Shown in pieces: positions 38,450 through 48,863 of a DNA stretch of 64,000 nt. Within the stretch, counting starts at the first letter, position 1. Each line of letters opens with the position of its first letter. Location: assembly GCA_965195285.1 (NCBI GenBank), contig CBDAFS010000055.1:1-64000 (forward strand), in the 5' to 3' direction. The translations under genes were made by a program, and so were the position numbers. Source of the stretch: an uncultured Aminicenantes bacterium. Lineage in GTDB: Bacteria > Acidobacteriota > Aminicenantia > UBA2199. Under the pieces are notes generated by a model, which saw only the letters and a list, made by a program, of their open reading frames with translations, did no database searches and was not told the DNA's origin.

Positions 38450-38722
38450 ATGAAAACCCATCACTATACTGTCAGCGGAAGGGTTCAGGGAGTGTTTTTC
38501 CGGTACTATACCAAAGAAACCGCTGACAAGCTCTCCATCAAGGGCACTGTCCGCAACCTGTTTAACGGTGATGTGGAGGTTTACGCCCAGGGAAAAACGG
38601 CGAACCTTGAAAGCTTCGAAATTTTTCTCGGCCAGGGATCCCCCTCTGCCGAAGTTAAAAACCTGATTAAAAAAGTGGTGGATTCTGAAGGAAAATTCCC
38701 GGATTTTAGAATTGTTTATTGA
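38450..38722 (+). CDS. acyP: Acylphosphatase
   Basis: VSGRVQGVFFR and GTVRNL..GDVE. Confidence 0.93.
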   Translation: MKTHHYTVSGRVQGVFFRYYTKETADKLSIKGTVRNLFNGDVEVYAQGKTANLESFEIFLGQGSPSAEVKNLIKKVVDSEGKFPDFRIVY

Positions 38723-38805
38723 AAAGATAGCAAATTTCAATTGACTAGGTCCCGGATATATGATATAAATATTTATGTTTTACCTGATACCAGGTAGGAG
38801 AGATC

Positions 38806-39078
38806 ATGCCATTGTATGAATACCAATGCCAGCAGTGTAAAAAGAAGTTTGAAGTACTGCAAAAAATAAACAGCGACCCCCTGACCAAGTGCATTTACTG
38901 CCAGGGTTCGGTAAAAAAACTGATTTCAGTTTCATCTTTTCAATTCAAAGGAAGCGGATGGTATGTTACCGATTATAAAAACAAAAACAATAATAACAGT
39001 AAAACCAAAACCAGCACCACAACTCCTGAAAGCAAAAAAAAGGACAAAATTGAAAGTAATAATGTTACCCAAAAATAG
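38806..39078 (+). CDS. FmdB family zinc-ribbon protein
   Basis: MPLYEYQCQQC...CIYC...FKGSGWYVTDY. Confidence 0.92.
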   Translation: MPLYEYQCQQCKKKFEVLQKINSDPLTKCIYCQGSVKKLISVSSFQFKGSGWYVTDYKNKNNNNSKTKTSTTTPESKKKDKIESNNVTQK

Positions 39079-39216
39079 CCTTTTCATCTCCCCCCCTTGG
39101 CTTGAAATATTCCGTTAACCCTGTTCTCCAGGGAAACAGGATACCATTATCCTTCAGGTATTGACAAATCATAATATCTTTTGCATAATTTTTCTTTATT
39201 AAAAGGAGAAAAAAAA

Positions 39217-40311
39217 ATGAAAAAACTTTTTACAACCTTGACCATTGCCTTCTGTCTTCTCTGCTTAACAAAAAATGCCGAGGCAGCAAAAATCAATATT
39301 TCAGATACTGCTTTTCTCAACATCAACGGATATGCACAGTTTTGGCTGTCTATGCCAATGGATCAGGGACCTACTCTCCAGACTGACTTTTATTTAAGGC
39401 GAGTCAGACTCCTGTTCAGCGGACAGATAGCCCCGAATTTCAACTTTTTTATCGGAACCTTGAACGGAGATATGGGGAAAAACGGCGACATGAGTTCACG
39501 CACCCTGATTGCAGATGCATGGTTGGAATATATAGTTGCCGATTATTTGAAGATCAATGCCGGTTTATTGAAACTCCCATTTTCAAGACACATGCAACAA
39601 ACAGGTGCAAAACTGCACGGACTTGACTTCCACGGCTCTTGTTTACAGAGAGAGGGGGGAATAGGTCACAGGGATATGGGAGTCATGGCAAGAGGACTTC
39701 TGTTAAACAAACACATAGATTATCGCCTCGCTATTGTTGATGGCATTGAGTATGCTCCGGGTGATCCCGATACGGATCCTCCGGTGACGGCCATAAATGA
39801 GAACGATAGTCTGCGCGTTGTTGGCCGAATCGGCTACAATGTTTTTGATCCAGAGCCCGGCTTCTTCTGGGCAGGCACATACCTTGGCAAAAAAAAGATT
39901 CTCTCATTTGGAATAAGTTTTGACATCCAGCCCGGTGTAGGTGGTGAAAATGGAGAGGAGCTCTACTATGCCTTGGCCTTTGATGCGGTTGCTGATATTC
40001 CCATAGGGAAAAACGGTATTGTAGCTACTCTGAATGCCTACAAATTTGGTCCTGGCTGCACAGTTCCTGAGGGATCCGGTTTTTGGGCTGATTTCGGATA
40101 CCGCATCAATAAGATAGAACCCCTTGTTTCTTTAGAATCGTATACACCAACGAATGGCGATACCGGCAAGCGTCTGGCAATCCTGGGCGGTTTAAACTGG
40201 TGGATCCATGGGCACAATGTCAACCTCAAGTTTCAGTTCGGTTCTGTAAAACTGAATGGGTCTGATGAGTGGACAAGTACTGCAATAATCCAGAGTCAGG
40301 TGTTCTTCTAA
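39217..40311 (+). CDS. Outer-membrane porin (OprO/OprP-like)
   Basis: Signal peptide, FYLRRVRLLFSG, DAW, KLPFSR, RDMG, C-terminal QVFF. SD AAGGAG. Confidence 0.75.
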   Translation: MKKLFTTLTIAFCLLCLTKNAEAAKINISDTAFLNINGYAQFWLSMPMDQGPTLQTDFYLRRVRLLFSGQIAPNFNFFIGTLNGDMGKNGDMSSRTLIADAWLEYIVADYLKINAGLLKLPFSRHMQQTGAKLHGLDFHGSCLQREGGIGHRDMGVMARGLLLNKHIDYRLAIVDGIEYAPGDPDTDPPVTAINENDSLRVVGRIGYNVFDPEPGFFWAGTYLGKKKILSFGISFDIQPGVGGENGEELYYALAFDAVADIPIGKNGIVATLNAYKFGPGCTVPEGSGFWADFGYRINKIEPLVSLESYTPTNGDTGKRLAILGGLNWWIHGHNVNLKFQFGSVKLNGSDEWTSTAIIQSQVFF

Positions 40312-40339
40312 ATCGTATTCATAAAAAAGGTTCTGTAGA

Positions 40340-43018
40340 CTAAATTGCTTTCATCTCTCCCCAGTTTTTGCCTTTTTTAAAAGTAACCGTTAAAGGTACT
40401 TTCAATTTTACCGCGTTTTCCATTTTATCTTTGACCAAGGCGCATAATTTGGTTTCTTCATTCTCCGGGTATTCAAACACCAGTTCATCATGAACCTGGA
40501 GAATCAAACGGCTTTTCATTTCCAGCAGTGGTTGGAAAATATTTACCATGGCAATTTTAATGATATCCGCGGCACTTCCCTGGATAATGGTATTGATGGC
40601 CATGCGTTTTCCGTTTTCCATTACCGTCCGGTTGGAACTCAGGATTTCCGGGATATCCCGAATCCGACCGGCTAAGGTTTTGACCTCGGGATTCTGTTCG
40701 GCATCCGCAATCACCTGCTCGATGAATGCCTTCACTCCGCTGAATTTTTCATAATATCGGTCAATGAAATCCCGGGCTTCCTTGAAGCTGACCTCTAATT
40801 CCTTGGAAAGCGAATATGGGCCGCTGCCATAGAGAACCGAAAAATTGATAATTTTGGCCCGTCTTCGTTTCTCCTCTGGGCTGAGAGAATCGTCATCCCC
40901 AAAGACATTATCAGCGGTATGCTGGTGGATATCTTGATCCTGCCTGAAAGCCTCCATCAATTGCTGATCTTCAGAATAATGGGCCATCACCCTCAATTCG
41001 ATCTGTGAATAATCGGCTGACAACAAATACTGGTTTTTGGCTTCGGCCACAAAAGCACTGCGGATATTAATTCCGGCCAGTTCCCCGACCGGTATATTCT
41101 GCAGGTTTGGTTTTGAAGAGGACAACCGGCCGGTGGCGGTGACAGTCTGGTTAAAAGAGGTATGGACCCTCTGATGCCGGTCACATTTTTTATTTAAACC
41201 GGTCAGGTAGGTGGATAGCATCTTTTTATAGGTCCGGTAGTCGATAATTTTTTCAACAACGGGAAACCCCTTCAATTCAGTCAAAACCTCAATATCGGTG
41301 GAGTATGACTTGGTTTTGCGGGTTTTCTTGGAAACCGGCAGGTTCATCTTTTCAAAAAGAAGTTCACCCAGCTGCTGGGAGGAATTGAGATTCAATCGAT
41401 AACCGGCCAGGCCATAGATTTCCTGCTCGGTTTCCTCTATCCGGGTTTCCAGTTTCCGGGAAGCTCTCTTTAAAAAATCCATATCGATTTTGACACCGGC
41501 AAACTCCATCTCCAGCAGAACCCGGATCAGGGGGATTTCAATCTTTCGATACAAATCTTTCAACTGTTTTTGGGCTATTTTTTCATCCAGGACCTTCCCT
41601 AACTGTAGGGATAGATACGAATCGTCGATACAGTATTGGCTGATCACCTTCAGGGGAACCGCTTCCAGTTCGATCTTCTGTTTCCCCTTACCGGTCAAAT
41701 CCGCATACTCCAGTTGTTTGACCTGAAGTAATTCCAGGGTCAGATCCTTGAGGCTGTGAGTCCGCTGGTTAGGGAAGAGCAAGTAAGCCATCAGCATCGA
41801 ATCATCATGCACACCATTTACTTCCATACCCTGTTGTTTCAGATGCAAAATATCAAATTTCAGGTTATGGCCGGTTTTCTTAATCTCCTGACTTTCAAAA
41901 ACATCCTTCAGTTCCGTTTTAAAATCCGAGAAATCGAATTCAACCCCCGGATCCGGCTCAGACGGATACCTAAAGGGCAGGTAGAAACCGCGGTCTTCAA
42001 ATGAAACGGAGAGACCGACAATCTCTGAATCAAAAAATTCAATGCCAGTGGTCTCTATATCAAAGGCAAATTTTTTTTCTTTTAGAATTTCGGATCTCAA
42101 CGCTTTCAATTGATCGCGGGATCTAACCAGGTTATATTGGATTTTGAGATCGGTCCTGGAGTTTTGCCCTTGGTTTTCCAATCCCTTGATCAAACTGTTG
42201 AAGGATAATCTCTGGAAAAAGGATATCAATTTGGCATCTGTCCGGGGCTCAAATCTCTTGATGGAAATTTCAGCAGACAGATCTGGAATATCCGAAAGAT
42301 CCACAAGCTGCCTGGAAGTCCGGAGCAGCTCCAGTCCTGACCGTATCTTTTCCTTTGTTTTCCCTTCCAAATTATCGATATTGTTCATGATTTGTTCAAG
42401 AGAACCATAGGTTTCAATCAACTTTTTTGCGGTTATTTCACCGATCCCGGGAACACCGGGAATATTATCCGCGCTATCACCGGCCAGAGACAGGTAATCG
42501 ACGATTTGATCCGGTAATACCCCGAAGATTTCCTTGATGCTTTCGGCATCCAACCTCTTTTTTAATCTGGGATGATAAATATAAACATTGTCTCCCACCA
42601 GTTGGAACAGGTCTTTATCCGCGGAAAAAATCAAAACCTGATGATGTTTTAATTGCTTGGATCGTGACAGGGCCGCAATGACATCATCGGCCTCAAATCC
42701 GGGTATTGCTGCAGATTCAATACCTCTCAGTTCTAAAAATTCCTGGATCTGAGGTATTTGATACAGCAACTCCTCGGGGGTCGCCAGTCTCTTGGCCTTG
42801 TATTCGGAGTAAATGTGGTGGCGAAAGGTTTTCTCTTTACTTTCAAATGCAACCAGAATACCCCGGGGATTGAAGGTTCTGATCAAATGTTCTACCCGGG
42901 TGACAAATCCGAAAACAGCTCCGGTGGGCTCGCCCTTCAGGGTTCTCATATTCCGGTTGGCATAGAAAGAACTGAAGATTAAATACATGCCATCAATCAG
43001 GAGGGTTATATCGGACAT
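40340..43018 (-). CDS. polA: DNA polymerase I
   Basis: 5'-3' exonuclease (EADDVIA, GDSADNIPGVPGIG), 3'-5' exonuclease DIET, TGRLSS..PNLQNIP, ADYSQIELR, QVHDELV. Confidence 0.97.
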   Translation of the reverse strand: MSDITLLIDGMYLIFSSFYANRNMRTLKGEPTGAVFGFVTRVEHLIRTFNPRGILVAFESKEKTFRHHIYSEYKAKRLATPEELLYQIPQIQEFLELRGIESAAIPGFEADDVIAALSRSKQLKHHQVLIFSADKDLFQLVGDNVYIYHPRLKKRLDAESIKEIFGVLPDQIVDYLSLAGDSADNIPGVPGIGEITAKKLIETYGSLEQIMNNIDNLEGKTKEKIRSGLELLRTSRQLVDLSDIPDLSAEISIKRFEPRTDAKLISFFQRLSFNSLIKGLENQGQNSRTDLKIQYNLVRSRDQLKALRSEILKEKKFAFDIETTGIEFFDSEIVGLSVSFEDRGFYLPFRYPSEPDPGVEFDFSDFKTELKDVFESQEIKKTGHNLKFDILHLKQQGMEVNGVHDDSMLMAYLLFPNQRTHSLKDLTLELLQVKQLEYADLTGKGKQKIELEAVPLKVISQYCIDDSYLSLQLGKVLDEKIAQKQLKDLYRKIEIPLIRVLLEMEFAGVKIDMDFLKRASRKLETRIEETEQEIYGLAGYRLNLNSSQQLGELLFEKMNLPVSKKTRKTKSYSTDIEVLTELKGFPVVEKIIDYRTYKKMLSTYLTGLNKKCDRHQRVHTSFNQTVTATGRLSSSKPNLQNIPVGELAGINIRSAFVAEAKNQYLLSADYSQIELRVMAHYSEDQQLMEAFRQDQDIHQHTADNVFGDDDSLSPEEKRRRAKIINFSVLYGSGPYSLSKELEVSFKEARDFIDRYYEKFSGVKAFIEQVIADAEQNPEVKTLAGRIRDIPEILSSNRTVMENGKRMAINTIIQGSAADIIKIAMVNIFQPLLEMKSRLILQVHDELVFEYPENEETKLCALVKDKMENAVKLKVPLTVTFKKGKNWGEMKAI

Positions 43019-43047
43019 TGAAACTATCTCATAAAAAATTATTGATC

Positions 43048-43380
43048 CTAGGGTTCCGGATCGCTCAGGTATTCGATAACCATCTCGTTGAGCCCCTGGT
43101 CATCGATTACCTGGGGATCCATGGATAATAAATGCAGAAATTTTCCTTCCTTCAATTCCGCTATGACCTGATCATGCTGGTTTTTCATCATGGTCTTGAT
43201 CTTCTTTTTGGGATCCGGCTTTCCCAGTAAGTGGGCATAGGAGATCCTTCTGGACAGCAGTATTTCGCCTTTGTGGTAAACAAGGGTTTCAATGGTAGGA
43301 TTGGACTTACCTTTGTCTTCGGTCTGAATATGAAACACTTCATCCCGGTATTTGATATCGGTATTGAATCCAATATTCAT
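43048..43380 (-). CDS. Conserved hypothetical protein upstream of polA
   Basis: GFNTDIKY..FHIQTEDKG..ETLVY; has its own promoter; 29 bp gap to polA. Confidence 0.7.
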   Translation of the reverse strand: MNIGFNTDIKYRDEVFHIQTEDKGKSNPTIETLVYHKGEILLSRRISYAHLLGKPDPKKKIKTMMKNQHDQVIAELKEGKFLHLLSMDPQVIDDQGLNEMVIEYLSDPEP

Positions 43381-43386
43381 ACGAAT

Positions 43387-43415
43387 ATGATAATAAAAGT
43401 CACATTTAATGTCAA
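43387..43415 (-). promoter_or_regulatory. Sigma70 promoter (predicted leaderless) for the hypothetical-polA unit
   Basis: Minus strand TTGACA-17-TATCAT-6-ATG(43380). Confidence 0.75.
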
Positions 43416-43439
43416 GTAGAGAAGGTGGAGCCGGTTTGA

Positions 43440-44180
43440 TTAAAAATCAACCAGTCGGGATATTTCGATGTCCGGCCTGCGGATAAAAAATCCCTGGGCC
43501 AGCTTACAGCCAATATGCTTGCAGATGATGAACTCCATTTCACTCTCCACCCCTTCGGCCACAACTTTGGTTCCCAGCACTTCAGCCATCTTGATGATTT
43601 TAATCAAAAATATTCTTTTATTAAAATTTTTTTCAATATCCGAAACAAAGAACCGGTCAATTTTGATAAATTCGGGCTTCAGATAATAGAGAAGTTTCAG
43701 GTCGGAAAAACCGGTTCCGAAATCATCGATGGCAATTTCGAACAATTCCCGGTTCTTCATACAGTATTCATCAATTTTTTTGCCAAAAACATCAAAAAAT
43801 TCAGTCACTTCAAAACAGACCATGGGGGGAGTGAGATTGTATTTTTGGTATAGAGTCTGCAGGGTTTTCACCAGTGAACTCATATCACTCAAGAGCCGAC
43901 TGTCCAGGTTGAAAAAAAGCTTGATCCTGTTATCCTGTTTCAAATTCATCAAATCCAAAAATTTTACGATCGCCTTTTCAATCAGTAATGAGTTCACCCA
44001 CTGGAGTTGATCGGCGCCATAGGATGCATTCATAAAGGCCTGGATGGAATCAAATCCGGCCTGCTCGTAATTCCTCAGCAGGGCCTCATAGCCATAACAC
44101 GACTTGGATTCACAATTCACAATCGGTTGAAAGGCATAATCAAGGATGTCGATAGCGGTTTGCCAGTCATTTTTTTCCAT
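43440..44180 (-). CDS. Stand-alone EAL domain c-di-GMP phosphodiesterase
   Basis: FQPIV, YEALLR, FEVTE, IDDFGTGFS, IKIDR, AEGVE, QGF. Confidence 0.9.
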   Translation of the reverse strand: MEKNDWQTAIDILDYAFQPIVNCESKSCYGYEALLRNYEQAGFDSIQAFMNASYGADQLQWVNSLLIEKAIVKFLDLMNLKQDNRIKLFFNLDSRLLSDMSSLVKTLQTLYQKYNLTPPMVCFEVTEFFDVFGKKIDEYCMKNRELFEIAIDDFGTGFSDLKLLYYLKPEFIKIDRFFVSDIEKNFNKRIFLIKIIKMAEVLGTKVVAEGVESEMEFIICKHIGCKLAQGFFIRRPDIEISRLVDF

Positions 44181-44324
44181 GCTTACCGGTTCCTTATGTC
44201 ATTGATTTCTTATCGGCCAGGTAATAATAATGTTCAAACTGAATACAATAAATGGTTGTCAAGTCATATTATAATGAATTTAATGATGAAAAATCAATAT
44301 CCAGGTAATAAAAATAAAAAAACG

Positions 44325-46043
44325 TCATATTTCGGTCTGGGTCTTCAATTCCCTTCGGTAATGATCCAGCAGACTGGATTTGGAAATCAAACCCTGGAAA
44401 CGATCGTTCTCCACCACAGGCAAACTCCAGGCCCCGGTGGTTTCAAATTTATGAAGAATATCGATAACACTGTCTTTCAGTGATACAGTGGCCAAATCGG
44501 TTTGCATGACCTCTTCAAGGATGATTGAATTGACCAGGTCCGGATCAAACAGAAACCCTTTGATATCGTTGAAAAAAACCATTCCCAGGTAATGACCGGA
44601 ATCCCGGTCCTGCACCGGAAAATAATTACGGGATGACTTTTTGATCAACGGGATCAGGTCAGCCAGAATCATATCAGGATAGACAGAGAACAGGTTCTGC
44701 TCCAGCAATTCCTCCGGGCGTATTTCCGCCAGTATGCGCCCATCGGTCCTGGGCCGGAGCAGGTATCCCCGTTTAACCAATTCATGATGATAGATAGAGT
44801 GTTTTTCAATCAGCTTGACCAGCATGGGGGTTAAAAATGAAACCAGTAGCAGGGGAAGTATGGCATCATATCCGCCGGTAATTTCAATAATCAAAAAAAT
44901 GCCGGACAGTGGGGCCTGCATGGTTCCGCTAATCATTCCGGCCATGCCCACCAGGGCAAAAAGACTGGCGCCGCTGAACTGAAGATTGGGAAAAACAGTA
45001 TTCAATCCCTGGAAATAAAACCAGCCTCCCAGACTACCAATGACCAGGGAGGGAGCAAATACCCCGCCGGCACCACCGGCACCCAGGGTAAATGATGTGG
45101 CCATCATTTTCATGAAGATCAGTCCCAATACCATTATCATATCCATAGAAAAGCGGTCACCAATCAGAGATCTGACCACCTCGTATCCTTCACCCCTTAC
45201 CTGGGGGAAAATAATGGTGATGATTCCCACCACCACCCCACCGATTATGGCTTTCAACAATAAACTCTTGAACCATGAATCCAGAATGTTGGAAACAACC
45301 TTTAACAAGCGAATAAACAGCAGGGTGAATACCGCTATAGCAATTGCCAATCCGAAACAGGCCAGCAAATCATAAATGGATACATCGAAGGTCCGGTGAG
45401 CAAAGAAAATCTGATTCCCACTCAACAGCCTGCTGACAATGGTACCGGTTATCGAAGAGATGGCCACCGGAAACATCATGGTGGTAGACCACTCCCCCAG
45501 AATGACCTCCATGGTAAATATAATCCCGGTAATGGGAGCATTGAAAATACTGGCAATAGCAGCAGCTGCTCCGGAACCGGCCACCGCAATTCTCATCATC
45601 TCATTCGATTTGAAATACCCGGCAATATTGCTACCGATAGCCGCTCCGCTAATAATCACCGGAGCCTCTGGCCCGGCGGACCCCCCACTGGAAATGGTAA
45701 TTAAACTACCGATCAGTTTTGAAAATGAACTGCGGAATTTCAGGGCACCACCCCGGATACTGATGCTGTATATGACTTCAGGTACTCCGTGGGCATCAAA
45801 ATCCCTGATCATATACTTCATGATGATCACTGTGAGCAACAGGCCGGCTACTGGAAAAGCAACCAAATAAAAATGCCGATGAAATTGATCCAGATACCCG
45901 GAGAATAATTGCAATCCCTTGTTTAAACCGACCGCTGCCAGACCGCTGCATAAGCCCACGATAATCCCGATGACCAGAAGTTGAATCCGGCTGTCGAGAT
46001 TCATAAAAACGGAACGGAATCGATTCGGTTTCATAGACTTCAA
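44325..46043 (-). CDS. CLC family chloride channel/transporter with CBS pair
   Basis: AHGVPEV, GPEAP, FNAPITG, GGVFAP, SIY, CBS domains. Start is TTG 46043 or ATG 46034. Confidence 0.9.
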   Translation of the reverse strand: MKSMKPNRFRSVFMNLDSRIQLLVIGIIVGLCSGLAAVGLNKGLQLFSGYLDQFHRHFYLVAFPVAGLLLTVIIMKYMIRDFDAHGVPEVIYSISIRGGALKFRSSFSKLIGSLITISSGGSAGPEAPVIISGAAIGSNIAGYFKSNEMMRIAVAGSGAAAAIASIFNAPITGIIFTMEVILGEWSTTMMFPVAISSITGTIVSRLLSGNQIFFAHRTFDVSIYDLLACFGLAIAIAVFTLLFIRLLKVVSNILDSWFKSLLLKAIIGGVVVGIITIIFPQVRGEGYEVVRSLIGDRFSMDMIMVLGLIFMKMMATSFTLGAGGAGGVFAPSLVIGSLGGWFYFQGLNTVFPNLQFSGASLFALVGMAGMISGTMQAPLSGIFLIIEITGGYDAILPLLLVSFLTPMLVKLIEKHSIYHHELVKRGYLLRPRTDGRILAEIRPEELLEQNLFSVYPDMILADLIPLIKKSSRNYFPVQDRDSGHYLGMVFFNDIKGFLFDPDLVNSIILEEVMQTDLATVSLKDSVIDILHKFETTGAWSLPVVENDRFQGLISKSSLLDHYRRELKTQTEI

Positions 46044-46732
46044 TCCCGGTTAAAATTCGTCTCAATTCGAGCGATTTCCCGCAGCAATAATTCCCGGCTG
46101 ACCCGGTTTCTGATCAGAGTCAAGAATTGTTTATCCCTCAAACAGAAACTCAGGGTTGCTAACAGTTTCAAATGTATTTGGGTCGAGGGATTGAACAGCA
46201 TGAACAAAACCAAAACCGGCTGTTTATCCACGGCATTGAATTCAATCTTGTTTTTTAAGAAAAACACAGGTATGGCCGGAGATATCAGCAGGCAATCCAG
46301 GGGTCGCCTCGGATGGGGAATGGCGATCCCATTGCCAATACCCGTGGAGGCGATTTCTTCACGGTTAAGCAACTCATTCAGAACCCGCTCTCTATCCTCA
46401 GGACGGATCACACTTGTATTTTCAACCGCATTTTTTAAAACCGAATAAATATCATTTCCATCCAGGTTGTAAAAAACCCCGCCACTCTCAATGGCCGTGA
46501 CCAGGCTGATCAGGGGTTTTTCATTTTCGGACAGGTTCGTGTGTGAAACCTTGTTGATATAAAAATGATGAGCCCTGGCCCAGGATATTATTTTGGCCTG
46601 GTTAAAGACATAGGCATTGTTTTTCATTTTGCATGGAATTTTTCCCTGATGAACCCATCGGGAAACAGTGACCAGAGGAACACCCAATAAGCAGGCAACT
46701 TCCTGGCTACTCAGATACGTTGTTCTTTTCAT
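46040..46732 (-). CDS. HTH_17 (excisionase-like) - PTS EIIA(Ntr) fusion
   Basis: LSSQEVACLLGVPLVTVSRWVHQGKIP and REEIASTGIGNGIAIPH. Confidence 0.88.
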   Translation of the reverse strand: MKRTTYLSSQEVACLLGVPLVTVSRWVHQGKIPCKMKNNAYVFNQAKIISWARAHHFYINKVSHTNLSENEKPLISLVTAIESGGVFYNLDGNDIYSVLKNAVENTSVIRPEDRERVLNELLNREEIASTGIGNGIAIPHPRRPLDCLLISPAIPVFFLKNKIEFNAVDKQPVLVLFMLFNPSTQIHLKLLATLSFCLRDKQFLTLIRNRVSRELLLREIARIETNFNRD

Positions 46733-46830
46733 ATTAATTCGATTCAGTTTATCAAAAATTCAGGTCGGGTTCAAGCCGAAAATTTGACTTCGACCTAAAA
46801 ATAAATTATAAAAAGACCTTACAGTCAAAA

Positions 46831-48852
46831 ATGAAGAAATTGATCCTGAAGCTTCCCAACCTTATTAACAAAATTAAAACCTCCGATCATGCCTTCATGA
46901 TCATCATCCCCATCATCATCGGATTGATGGGGGGGTTCGGAGCCGTCTTGCTACGCTTCCTGATTCATCTGTTTCAGGATATTTTCTGGGGAGCCTGGGG
47001 AAACAGCCTGGCCTGGTTCAGAACCCTGCTGGTACCGGCCGGAGGCGCCTTTCTGGTCGGGTTGATAATTTATTTTTTTTCAAAAGAGGCTAAAGGGCAC
47101 GGGGTTCCGGAAGTCATGGAAGCCATTTCATTGCGTAATGGAATTATCCGGCCCCGGGTGGTCCTAGGCAAAGTCGTGGCCTCGGCCATCACCATTGCCT
47201 CGGGAGGATCGGTTGGCCGGGAGGGGCCGATTGTTCAGATCGGAGCTTCGATCGGTTCTACCATCGGCCAGATATTCAAGCTGTCCCGGAAACGGATGGA
47301 AACCCTGGTCGGATGCGGTGCGGCTGCTGGTATTGCCGCCGCTTTTAATGCCCCCATTGCGGGAGCCATGTTTTCCGTGGAAATCCTATTGGGTGACTTC
47401 ACGGTCAGCCAGTTTACCCCGATCGTTATTGCTTCGGTTTCAGCAACCGTGGTCAGTCGGATTTTCTTTGGCAACTATCCCGCCTTCACCGTACCGGAGT
47501 ATGAATTGATTCACCCCCTGGAACTGGTACCCTATGCACTCCTGGGAGTGTTAGCTGGATTTGTGGCCATATTGTTTGTCAAGGTCCTATACCTGATGGA
47601 AGATCGATTCGATTCCCTGAAAATTCCTGATTTTTATAAAACCACGATTGGCGGTTTGATAATTGGAGCCATCGGTATTTTTTTCCCTCAGATTTTCGGT
47701 GTTGGCTATGAATCCATGGATCAGGCATTGTTAGGGAAAATGGGGATGTGGCTGCTTCTGGCCCTAGTCTTTTTAAAAATCATTGCCAGTTCAATCACCC
47801 TGGGATCAGGCAGTTCCGGAGGGATATTTGCACCGTCCCTTTTTATAGGCGCCATGACCGGGGGATTCTTCGGTAATATTCTCCACAATATATTTCCCCG
47901 GATCACAGCCGGGCCAGGCGCTTACTCACTGGTGGCCATGGGTGCAGTGGTGGGAGCGGCTACCCAAGCCCCCATAACCGCCATACTCATCATGTTTGAA
48001 ATGACCGGTGATTATAAAATCATCCTGCCATTGATGATTGCCACCACCATCAGCAGTTTTATGACCTCCAAACTGCAAAGGGGATCGATCTATACCATTA
48101 AACTACAAAAAAGAGGGATCAATATCCATCAGGGGAAAGAAATCAATATCCTAAAATCCATGCAGGTCAAAGATCACATGCGACCCAGTATTGAAATCAT
48201 TTCCCCGGAGACCAAAGTGGGCAAAGTCATTGAAAAGTTTATTCGCTCTGATCATTCATTCTGCTATATCCGGGACCGTTCCGGACAGATAACCGAAAAA
48301 ATATCCCAGACCGAATTGAGTGCCATGGCACCGGATTATGAAAACCTCAAGGATCTGATCGTTGCCCATGACATATCCACCCCCAGTCTGCTGGTGGTCA
48401 ATGAAAATGACCACCTGGATTCTGTGATGAAAGAATTCAGCAAGGAAAATATCGGAGAAATTCCGGTGATTTCCAGCCGAAATCCGGCTGAAATTCTGGG
48501 AACCATCTGGAGAATTGATGTGATCGCCGCCTATAACAAGGAGATACTGAAACGGGATCTGGCCGGGGAAATGTCCCACCTGGTAACCGCTTCCATGCAA
48601 AGTCAGCTGGTAGAGATAACCGACGGGCTGTATCTTCTGGAAATCGAAACCCCGCGCTTTTTTATCGGGAAAAAGATCAGGGAAATCGATGTCCGGAATA
48701 AATACGGGGTGGATATCGTACTGGTTAAGAAAAGAAAACCCGGCCAAAAACTTCTCACCAAAATACCCGGATCCGGCTATACCTTCCAACCCGATGACAA
48801 TTTGCTCATCCTGGGTGAAAGAAAAAAAGTTGAATTTCTGAGCAAGCTGTAA
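46831..48852 (+). CDS. CLC family chloride channel with CBS pair and C-terminal TrkA_C (RCK_C) domain
   Basis: GHGVPEV, GREGP, FNAPIAG, GGIFAP, SIY, CBS domains, FIGKKIREIDVRNKYGVDIV...DDNLLILG. Confidence 0.9.
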   Translation: MKKLILKLPNLINKIKTSDHAFMIIIPIIIGLMGGFGAVLLRFLIHLFQDIFWGAWGNSLAWFRTLLVPAGGAFLVGLIIYFFSKEAKGHGVPEVMEAISLRNGIIRPRVVLGKVVASAITIASGGSVGREGPIVQIGASIGSTIGQIFKLSRKRMETLVGCGAAAGIAAAFNAPIAGAMFSVEILLGDFTVSQFTPIVIASVSATVVSRIFFGNYPAFTVPEYELIHPLELVPYALLGVLAGFVAILFVKVLYLMEDRFDSLKIPDFYKTTIGGLIIGAIGIFFPQIFGVGYESMDQALLGKMGMWLLLALVFLKIIASSITLGSGSSGGIFAPSLFIGAMTGGFFGNILHNIFPRITAGPGAYSLVAMGAVVGAATQAPITAILIMFEMTGDYKIILPLMIATTISSFMTSKLQRGSIYTIKLQKRGINIHQGKEINILKSMQVKDHMRPSIEIISPETKVGKVIEKFIRSDHSFCYIRDRSGQITEKISQTELSAMAPDYENLKDLIVAHDISTPSLLVVNENDHLDSVMKEFSKENIGEIPVISSRNPAEILGTIWRIDVIAAYNKEILKRDLAGEMSHLVTASMQSQLVEITDGLYLLEIETPRFFIGKKIREIDVRNKYGVDIVLVKKRKPGQKLLTKIPGSGYTFQPDDNLLILGERKKVEFLSKL

Positions 48853-48863
48853 AGGTCAAAAGC

